This document shows, in pieces, positions 1 to 4,499 of a stretch of 5,018 nt of DNA. This DNA comes from a virus. The notes below the pieces were generated by a model. It was not told the DNA's origin. It saw nothing but the letters and a program-made list of their open reading frames with translations, and searched no databases. Every line of letters starts with the position of its first letter. The first letter of the stretch is position 1. The position numbers were made by a program, and so were the translations under genes. The stretch is from positions 1 through 5,018 of the IMG/VR virus record IMGVR_UViG_3300029709_000161; one strand, 5' to 3'.

Positions 1-257
1 AGAACATAATCTTCACGGAGGTCTGGAGATTCAGTGATATTTTGTGCAGGTTCACCAGAAGCAAAAGTTTCAGAAGGAGAATAATCTTGTTTATCTTGCT
101 GTGAATCAAGTTTAACAATAGCTTCGGAAGATGCCTTAAGATAATCATACTGCTGAACGGTCATATCGCAAGTACTACCATCTTTATACTGCACAGTGTA
201 GACGGTAACGCCGTCAGAATCAACCCAAGTTTTAATAATAGTAGGGACTTCCATCAT
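1..257 (-). CDS. Hypothetical soluble protein, C-terminus beyond the window (85 or more aa: MMEVPTIIKTWVDSDGVTVYTVQYKDGSTCDM...)
   Basis: Hand translation of the minus strand gives an ATG at 257 preceded by GGAGGTGA (6 nt from GGAGG to the ATG). This start overlaps the upstream ORF stop as ATGA. The frame stays open to position 1. The ORF is absent from the ORF track, probably because it has no stop in the window. I recognise no motif. Confidence 0.55.
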   Translation of the reverse strand, partial: MMEVPTIIKTWVDSDGVTVYTVQYKDGSTCDMTVQQYDYLKASSEAIVKLDSQQDKQDYSPSETFASGEPAQNITESPDLREDYV

Positions 258-421
258 TTATCACCTCCATCCCAAAGGCCACGAAGAACAAAGCCAACAA
301 GCGAAAGCAGTAGAAAAATAAGAACAACTGTGCCGAAGGTACCAAAACCGAAAAAAGGGAGGTTAAGGACATTTGAAATAAACGATGTTACAACACCGAG
401 AGTCGAAACAAAGTCTACCAT
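254..421 (-). CDS. 55-aa small hydrophobic membrane protein, candidate minor virion or assembly protein (MVDFVSTLGVVTSFISNVLNLPFFGFGTFGTVVLIFLLLSLVGFVLRGLWDGGDK)
   Basis: Hand translation gives an ATG at 421 with AAAGGA 9 nt upstream. There is one clear TM segment (TVVLIFLLLSLVGFVL). The start overlaps the upstream ORF by 7 nt and the stop overlaps the downstream start as ATGA. The ORF is too short for the ORF track. Confidence 0.55.
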   Translation of the reverse strand: MVDFVSTLGVVTSFISNVLNLPFFGFGTFGTVVLIFLLLSLVGFVLRGLWDGGDK

Positions 422-546
422 GGCAACCAATCCTTTACGAACTTATAAATACCGAGACCAACAAGGAAAACCACAACGGCAATGACGAGAGCACCACCAG
501 AACCGAAAAGGTTAAAAACTGACTTGAAGAAGTCAAGAAAAGTCAT
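415..546 (-). CDS. 43-aa coat-protein-like small membrane protein (MTFLDFFKSVFNLFGSGGALVIAVVVFLVGLGIYKFVKDWLPW)
   Basis: The ATG at 546 overlaps the TGA of the 392-aa ORF as ATGA. GAAAGGCGG lies 7 nt upstream. The layout is an acidic N-terminus, a hydrophobic core and a Lys-containing C-terminus. This resembles signal-less inovirus major coat proteins such as the 44-aa Pf3 type. The assignment rests on architecture only. Confidence 0.55.
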   Translation of the reverse strand: MTFLDFFKSVFNLFGSGGALVIAVVVFLVGLGIYKFVKDWLPW

Positions 547-1721
547 CCGTCAACCGCCTTTCTAATGAGCATACGGAGAACAACAGCACCGAAGCAAAGG
601 AGAGAAACAGAAAAGAAAAACGTTCCTAAATTCTGAAAAAGACCGCCGAGAAGACCAGAAGCACCGGAGGCAATATCAGAATCAACAGAAGAAGTAGAAT
701 TCCAAGAATTCAAGTTATCCTTGGAATTTTCAAGGGTTCCAGAATCAACTCCAAATTGATTGGTAATAGCATCCTGCAAATCCTCGGGAGAATCGGAAAG
801 CCAATCACCAAGCTTAACATCAGGAAGAAGAGTAGCAGGAACAAGGAGAGAAAAAGCGAAAGAAGCGGTAGTATCAAAGGCAGAAGCAGAATAAACAGGG
901 GAGGAAGAAGGCTTTTGCACAAAAACAAAACCAATATCAGAAGAAGGGATAGTATACCCAGAGGGATAAGGAACAAAAGAATGAGCTCCCAAAAGATAAC
1001 GATTAGAGTTGAGATTGATATTCCTAAGGTTAGAATAAGAATTAGGAGGAACAATAAAAGAAGAATCACCACCCTGTAAAACATAGCCACTTGCGGAAGA
1101 AGAGGAAGATTCACGAATAGCAAAAGGATATGAATAAAAGGGGGAAGAAAAAGTGAAAGAATCTAAAGTATCAGTAGAAGAGCCAGAAGAAGAACCAGCA
1201 GTATTACCGAAAGAAAGAATACGGTCTGAACGACTAAAAGAAGAAGTTAAAAAGCCATAAGTTCCAGAAGGTAGAACAGAAGAAGAATAAACGCGAACAA
1301 CAGAAGTTTGAGGGGAAAAGCCAAAACCAATGGAGAAAGAGGGAAGTTCAGACCAAAGACCAGAAGCACCACGAAGAGGATAAGGAAAAGCGCAAGCATA
1401 ATCATAAGCTAAGCCAGAATCGTTAGCTAAATAAGAAACATCAAACGCATCCGTAGAATAAGAAATAGAATACGGCAATGTATAAGAAGAGCCAGAAACA
1501 GCAATAGGAGAGCAAAGAAGCTCAAAACAATCTATGCCGGAATAAATAAGTTTACGCCAAACAAACCAAGAACCATGATGACTATAAAAATCATCAAGAG
1601 AAGGCATATCCGATTCCGTGTCAGATACAGCAAAGACAGGAATAGAAAGCGAAAAAACAAGAATCAGAGCCGCGACAAGGGCGGCGAAGCGCTTATAAAA
1701 AGACCGCAACTTTTTCTTCAC
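543..1721 (-). CDS. 392-aa secreted, C-terminally membrane-anchored, Ser-rich protein; candidate g3p-like adsorption or minor coat protein
   Basis: The ORF is in the track. The start codon is actually GTG (plus-strand cac at 1719-1721), with GAAAGGTGG 7 nt upstream. The N-terminus is a Sec-type signal peptide (MKKKLRSFYKRFAALVAALILVFSLSIPVFA/VSD). The C-terminus has a TM helix (TFFFSVSLLCFGAVVLRMLI) followed by a basic tail (RKAVDG). By my hand count about 20 percent of residues are Ser. The function call is by architecture and synteny only. Confidence 0.7.
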   Translation of the reverse strand: MKKKLRSFYKRFAALVAALILVFSLSIPVFAVSDTESDMPSLDDFYSHHGSWFVWRKLIYSGIDCFELLCSPIAVSGSSYTLPYSISYSTDAFDVSYLANDSGLAYDYACAFPYPLRGASGLWSELPSFSIGFGFSPQTSVVRVYSSSVLPSGTYGFLTSSFSRSDRILSFGNTAGSSSGSSTDTLDSFTFSSPFYSYPFAIRESSSSSASGYVLQGGDSSFIVPPNSYSNLRNINLNSNRYLLGAHSFVPYPSGYTIPSSDIGFVFVQKPSSSPVYSASAFDTTASFAFSLLVPATLLPDVKLGDWLSDSPEDLQDAITNQFGVDSGTLENSKDNLNSWNSTSSVDSDIASGASGLLGGLFQNLGTFFFSVSLLCFGAVVLRMLIRKAVDG

Positions 1722-1749
1722 ATCGCCACCACCTTTCGCGACATCGAAT

Positions 1750-1768
1750 AACGGAGGTCAAATCCGTT
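1750..1768 (-). other. Hairpin immediately 3' of the tRNA (stem AACGGA/TCCGTT, 7-nt loop)
   Basis: A perfect 6-bp inverted repeat spans 1750-1755 and 1763-1768 and ends 1 nt from the tRNA CCA end. No U-tract follows on the minus strand, so it is not a classical terminator. Confidence 0.4.
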
Positions 1769-1769
1769 T

Positions 1770-1843
1770 TGGTTGCGGGGTCTGGACTCGAACCAGCAGT
1801 TTCACATTCAGAGTGTGACGTGCTACCATTGCACCACCCCGCC
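1770..1843 (-). tRNA. tRNA-Gln (anticodon CUG), 74 nt with encoded CCA
   Basis: The minus strand reads GGCGGGG TG GTGC AATGGTA GCAC G TCACA CTCTGAA TGTGA AACT GCTGG TTCGAGT CCAGA CCCCGCA A CCA, folded by hand. The conserved positions U8, A14, G18G19, A21, U33, purine 37, the TTCGA T-loop and G53:C61 are all present. The D stem (4 bp) and anticodon stem (5 bp) are perfect. In the canonical register two pairs are non-Watson-Crick: G1-A72 and G49-A65. Confidence 0.75.
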
Positions 1844-1849
1844 ATGTGA

Positions 1850-1865
1850 GAGCGGCGAACCGCTC
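1850..1865 (-). other. Hairpin just 5' of the tRNA; on the minus-strand RNA it is GAGCGG-UUCG-CCGCUC (UUCG tetraloop)
   Basis: A perfect 6-bp inverted repeat spans 1850-1855 and 1860-1865 with a 4-nt loop (cgaa on plus, UUCG on minus). It lies 6 nt upstream of tRNA position 1. Confidence 0.45.
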
Positions 1866-1902
1866 CCCATAGGAAATGAAAATTAGGTTTGAACAAAGGA
1901 AG

Positions 1903-2145
1903 TTAGACTTCCTCAATTCCAAGGAGATACCCGTTGCGGTCAAAGTCAAGGTAATACATAGCGCCAACGACAATGACCGCATACGACATCATGCGAGCGT
2001 CAACATTGATTCTATCAACCTGTACGCCGTCATTGTCATCGTTTGCACGCATCGAATATTCGGCCATAAGAGTAGTAAAATCATAGACTTTGCCCTGCTT
2101 AGTTGTACCAGTGCGGCGGGACTTACCAACTACAGTAACTTTCAT
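1903..2145 (-). CDS. 80-aa putative ssDNA-binding protein (gene V protein-like)
   Basis: The ORF is in the track. GAAAGGATGG lies 7 nt upstream of the ATG. It sits directly downstream of the Rep gene, as gene V does in Ff phages, and its size is similar (80 vs 87 aa). The N-terminal stretch MKVTVVGKSRRTGTTKQGKVYDF resembles M13 gVp MIKVEIKPSQAQFTTRSGVSRQGKPYSL as I recall it. No alignment was run. Confidence 0.55.
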   Translation of the reverse strand: MKVTVVGKSRRTGTTKQGKVYDFTTLMAEYSMRANDDNDGVQVDRINVDARMMSYAVIVVGAMYYLDFDRNGYLLGIEEV

Positions 2146-2163
2146 ACAGCGACCATCCTTTCA

Positions 2164-3300
2164 TCAGAATAAAGATATATCATCAAACCCGACTTCACTA
2201 AAGGGAGATGGGTCATCAGCAATTTCCTTAAATTCCTCAACGGCAATGCGGGAGGATTCCGAGAACTGTGCAATTTCCCGTGTAAGCTCAAGAGGGGAGA
2301 ACGGAAGACGCTCATTATAATACTGCTCCCACTTACAACAAGCGAGGAACAACAACTCAGGACGAAAAAGAAGAATATCAATAATCCTATGACCGAAGAC
2401 GTTAGCAACGTAAGACATTTTTTGTTCTTCGGTATGGATAGAAGTGGAAAACTTTTGAGCAAGGTCATCACTAAGGGGATGCCAAAAGTCAGCAGTGTAA
2501 TGAATGCCACGGGCTACAATATCGGTCACGAACTGCATATCATCCCAGCCATCGGGAAGAAGAGAAACATTTCCGTAACGAGTCCAAACTTTACGAAGAT
2601 AGGCGAAAAGCTTCTCAGGGTCTTCATAATAAAACCAGAAAAGCGGAGAAGGGTCATAGACGGTACGAGAACCAGAACGGACACGAGAAGTAAATTTCAA
2701 TTCCATCTCATAACGAATGATATAGGAATCATCAGGGCAGTCCAGAAACTCGCCAGAAGCCACACAGAGCTTTTTTTCAGGGTCTTGCAGGGATTTATTA
2801 TAGATACGGCAGAAGACAGCGGAGGACGTTCTGCGACCGATATAAACGGTAGTAGAATCGCCATAGCCCTGATACATGACTTTACGAACCTTCCGAGCTT
2901 TTTCAGGGTAATTCATTTCATCGACAGAAGAAGAAATAACACCCAAATAGAACTCGCGCCACCGTTGTTTTGTCATAACAACATCAAAGCAAAAATCAAG
3001 ACGGGAAAAGTGACCGAATTCATGGCCATCCTGCATCAGTGACGCAAGCCGCGGCAATGTGGGACGGAAAAGCTCACAACCATGACCGGACACTTGCAAG
3101 GAGTGCGGAGACTGTTTCGCGCCGTTGTTCGGCTTAAAGAAAAGGCCCGCAGGGGAATTGTAGGGGGAATTCTCACTTGCGTTAGAAGTCTGCGCAAAGT
3201 GCAAATCACACTGAGCAAGAGCATCTTCGATTTTGGAAATAGAAATTGAACCCTGCTCAAAAGAAAAAGTAGCATAATCAAGTTTAACAACCGTTTTCAT
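2164..3300 (-). CDS. Rolling-circle replication initiation protein, Rep_trans-like family (378 aa from the ATG at 3300)
   Basis: Motifs typical of Rep_trans initiators (the pT181 RepC and CTXphi RstA type) are present: VKLDYATFSF near the N-terminus, SRLDFCFDV, and TVYIGRRTSSAVFCRIYNK (nt 2794-2847), which matches my recollection of the family signature Y-x-G-s-r-x-S-x(4,5)-R-I-Y-d-K. I prefer the ATG at 3300, which has GAAAGGTGG 9 nt upstream. The ORF-track start at 3342 is a GTG just upstream of and abutting the predicted -10 hexamer, overlapping its extended TG element. The gene ends with a tandem TGA TGA. Confidence 0.85.
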   Translation of the reverse strand: MKTVVKLDYATFSFEQGSISISKIEDALAQCDLHFAQTSNASENSPYNSPAGLFFKPNNGAKQSPHSLQVSGHGCELFRPTLPRLASLMQDGHEFGHFSRLDFCFDVVMTKQRWREFYLGVISSSVDEMNYPEKARKVRKVMYQGYGDSTTVYIGRRTSSAVFCRIYNKSLQDPEKKLCVASGEFLDCPDDSYIIRYEMELKFTSRVRSGSRTVYDPSPLFWFYYEDPEKLFAYLRKVWTRYGNVSLLPDGWDDMQFVTDIVARGIHYTADFWHPLSDDLAQKFSTSIHTEEQKMSYVANVFGHRIIDILLFRPELLFLACCKWEQYYNERLPFSPLELTREIAQFSESSRIAVEEFKEIADDPSPFSEVGFDDISLF

Positions 3301-3332
3301 GTGAGAAAACCACCTTTCATTTCCATGGTTAA

Positions 3333-3361
3333 ATGTTACCACAATATGAAGGAGCTGTCAA
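3333..3361 (-). promoter_or_regulatory. Sigma70-type promoter for rep: -35 TTGACA, 17-nt spacer, extended -10 TGgTAACAT
   Basis: The minus strand reads TTGACA (3361-3356), then GCTCCTTCATATTGTGG, then TAACAT (3338-3333), with TG at -15/-14. The predicted transcription start near 3326 leaves the SD and the ATG at 3300 in the 5' UTR and coding start. Confidence 0.55.
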
Positions 3362-3372
3362 GAGGAAATTTC

Positions 3373-3404
3373 AAAAAGGTGGGCGTATTACACGCACGCC
3401 CACC
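3373..3404 (-). terminator. Intrinsic-terminator-like hairpin on the minus strand just upstream of the rep promoter
   Basis: A perfect 9-bp GC-rich stem (GGTGGGCGT at 3378-3386, ACGCCCACC at 3396-3404) has a 9-nt loop. On the minus strand it is followed by TTTTT (plus-strand A-run 3373-3377). It could insulate the rep promoter or end a transcript from the intergenic region. Confidence 0.45.
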
Positions 3405-3465
3405 GGCTCCCGCCGTCACAGTAGTCACTACATGTCGGAAGCCCCTGCCAGCCTGTTTTGGAAGG

Positions 3466-3484
3466 GCAAGGGCTTTGCCCTTGC
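3466..3484. other. Perfect 8-bp GC-rich hairpin GCAAGGGC-TTT-GCCCTTGC in the intergenic region
   Basis: The inverted repeat is seen directly. The 5' arm GGCAAGGGC (3465-3473) could alternatively pair with GCCCCTGCC (3441-3449) with one mismatch, giving mutually exclusive folds. Confidence 0.5.
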
Positions 3485-3509
3485 GGAGACGGGGGACGCG
3501 GTGGAGACG
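3485..3509. repeat. Three closely spaced GGRGACG heptamers (iteron-like)
   Basis: GGAGACG occurs at 3485-3491, GGGGACG at 3492-3498 and GGAGACG at 3503-3509. A related GGAGACC lies at 3572-3578. The repeats are short, so chance occurrence is possible. Confidence 0.3.
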
Positions 3510-3522
3510 CTATCGCGTAACT

Positions 3523-3551
3523 AAACGTAGCAACTGCCTACGTTTTTTTTT
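3523..3551 (+). terminator. Weak hairpin plus T9 tract (plus-strand terminator-like), followed by an A7 tract
   Basis: The stem is AAACGTAG (3523-3530) with CTACGTTT (3538-3545) and a 7-nt loop. The T-run spans 3543-3551, followed by C and then A7 (3553-3559). No convincing plus-strand gene precedes it. It may instead be an AT-rich unwinding or bending element of an origin. Confidence 0.3.
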
Positions 3552-3625
3552 CAAAAAAATGAGATCTTCTGGGAGACCATCGCACAGACAAAAGACGGAG
3601 AAACATTCACGAGATTTTGAAAAGT

Positions 3626-3664
3626 AAAAAAAACAACCCCCCTGACCCTAAAGGGCACGGGGGG
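3626..3664 (-). terminator. Rho-independent terminator downstream of the Zot-like ATPase gene
   Basis: The minus strand reads CCCCCCGUGCCC-UUUA-GGGUCAGGGGGG, about 11 bp with two single-nt bulges. It is followed by UUGUUUUUUUU (plus-strand A8 at 3626-3633). It begins 6 nt after the TAA stop at 3671-3673. Confidence 0.65.
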
Positions 3665-3670
3665 AAGTTT

Positions 3671-4315
3671 TTATTTAGAGGAAGCCTTAGTGATAACCTG
3701 CTCTGTATCGTATTCTAAGGCGCTCACCTGCTTCACGGATTTTGGGATGGTATACCACCTTGACCGTCCCGCCTTGCGTACCGTGTTAACAAGCTCTTGG
3801 CCGCCCTCGGGGCGATGTTCCATAGCGATACAGGAGCGATAGGGAGTGAGACGGCAGAACCAGCCAATCCGGTTGCAGAGATAAATGCGGTCGCAGAGGT
3901 CACGAATCTTTTTGTCAAAGTCCATCGTCTGAGACGATACAATAATAGTCAAATGATACTTACGTTGCATTTTGAAAAATTCGACAGCTTCTCGCGGCAT
4001 AGTCTTAAAATCGCGGTTAGAGTGAAGCACGCCAATTTCATCGATAAGAATAAGGGAATCGGGGAGAAAAGTTTGTTTCCAATATTCAGGCTCCAATTCA
4101 TAACCGATTCCCATGTTAGAATAGATAAGACCTTTATTGTTACGCATCCAATAATTGGCAACACGAGACATATAAAGAGACTTTCCAGAACCCTTAGAAC
4201 CAACAACAGCTTCTAATTTATAAGGATTTTTGCAATAATTATTAATATACACCAAAAGCCAACAAAGACAAAAAACAAGAAGACCATAAAGCATAGCAAA
4301 ACAACCTTTCATCAT
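3671..4315 (-). CDS. Zot/pI-like P-loop morphogenesis (assembly) ATPase, short form with an N-terminal TM helix
   Basis: The ORF is in the track. Walker A is GSKGSGKS (nt 4178-4201) and Walker B is LILIDEIG (D92/E93), as in the Zot N-terminal domain and inovirus pI. The hydrophobic N-terminus is LYGLLVFCLCWLLVYI. The start is ambiguous: the ATGATG at 4315/4312 has no SD, while the Met8 ATG at 4294 has GAAAGGT 9 nt upstream. Confidence 0.8.
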   Translation of the reverse strand: MMKGCFAMLYGLLVFCLCWLLVYINNYCKNPYKLEAVVGSKGSGKSLYMSRVANYWMRNNKGLIYSNMGIGYELEPEYWKQTFLPDSLILIDEIGVLHSNRDFKTMPREAVEFFKMQRKYHLTIIVSSQTMDFDKKIRDLCDRIYLCNRIGWFCRLTPYRSCIAMEHRPEGGQELVNTVRKAGRSRWYTIPKSVKQVSALEYDTEQVITKASSK

Positions 4316-4319
4316 AGTG

Positions 4320-4360
4320 AAAAAACGTCGCCGACCATTAAAAATGGTCGGCGGCGTTTT
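4320..4360 (-). terminator. Strong hairpin terminator between the small coat-like ORF and the ATPase gene; structurally bidirectional
   Basis: The arms are 4325-4338 and 4344-4357, 14 positions with one mismatch (a C-A mismatch in minus-strand RNA, a G-U pair in plus-strand RNA), and the loop is 5 nt. The minus strand continues with TTTTTT, then CACT, then the ATG at 4315. The plus strand continues with TTTT. Confidence 0.7.
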
Positions 4361-4370
4361 CTCACAGCAA

Positions 4371-4499
4371 TTAACTGCGGCCGGGAATCCAGCGGCGAAG
4401 GATACGGAGAACGATGCCCGCGATAGTGAGAATCACAAAGACTAGAAGAATGGGCTCGGACTCATAAAAATCAACGAGCTGACCCATCCAAGTAATCAT
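4371..4499 (-). CDS. 42-aa coat-protein-like small membrane protein (MITWMGQLVDFYESEPILLVFVILTIAGIVLRILRRWIPGRS); start uncertain
   Basis: Hand translation gives an acidic N-terminal part (D, E, E), a TM core (ILLVFVILTIAGIVL) and an Arg-rich C-terminus (four Arg), the classical inovirus major coat layout. The strong terminator follows immediately, as after gene VIII in Ff phages. The SD for the ATG at 4499 is weak (GGTGA 13 nt upstream), and the frame is open for 20 more codons upstream without an ATG or GTG. Confidence 0.5.
   Translation of the reverse strand: MITWMGQLVDFYESEPILLVFVILTIAGIVLRILRRWIPGRS

Noticed and set aside
543-1721. Serine-rich coding region considered as a DNA-level tandem repeat or contingency locus.
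   Set aside because: I could find no repeating nucleotide unit. The low complexity is compositional (many agaag and gaaga strings from TCT and TTC codons), not periodic.
1770-1843. The idea that the tRNA is an initiator-like tRNA decoding CAG. It has a 1:72 mismatch as in tRNA-fMet, and the in-frame codon at SD-appropriate spacing upstream of the coat-like ORF is CAG (4556-4554).
   Set aside because: The tRNA lacks the other initiator hallmarks. It has no three consecutive G:C pairs in the anticodon stem (the stem is TCACA/TGTGA), and it has the elongator-type pyrimidine11:purine24 pair. The CAG coincidence has about a 1 in 3 chance for frame alone.
1722-1902. The tRNA region as a prophage-host junction, with a host tRNA-Gln at an integration site.
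   Set aside because: The tRNA is flanked within 50-60 nt on both sides by co-oriented phage-type genes with matching SD style and composition. No integrase or direct repeat of the tRNA 3' end is visible in the window. An attP role for the phage-borne copy remains possible and is listed in the findings.
1693-1982. Minus-strand ORFs 1693-1896 and 1758-1982.
   Set aside because: Both read straight through the tRNA gene and its flanking hairpins, and 1758-1982 also overlaps the SSB gene. The tRNA cloverleaf explains this sequence far better.
3301-3627. Plus-strand ORFs in the intergenic region (108 aa at 3301-3627 and 63 aa at 3333-3524), considered as a divergently transcribed repressor like RstR of CTXphi.
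   Set aside because: The products are Arg/Lys/Gly-rich with no helix-turn-helix-like segment. The ORFs run straight through the GC-rich hairpins and the rep promoter, and there is no SD before either ATG. The hairpin plus T9 at 3523-3551 just after the 63-aa stop is the only supporting point. A small divergent gene is unlikely but not fully excluded.
710-4206. Off-frame minus-strand ORFs nested in larger genes: 710-1123, 2142-2510, 3036-3290, 3733-3942 and 3949-4206. I considered them as overprinted genes, which do occur in small ssDNA phages.
   Set aside because: Their products are extremely Leu-, Phe- and Ile-rich or Arg-rich. That is the expected by-product of shifting a TCT/TTC-rich frame. 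None has an SD or a coupled start, and none has a recognisable motif. Comparative data would be needed to revive any of them.
756-4216. Plus-strand ORFs from the track: 756-1079, 1876-2172, 2090-2320, 2389-3042 and 3797-4216.
   Set aside because: All lie antisense to well-supported minus-strand genes. Their K/R/N/E-rich low-complexity products are those expected from reading a purine-rich strand. I saw no SD sites, and none has a recognisable motif.
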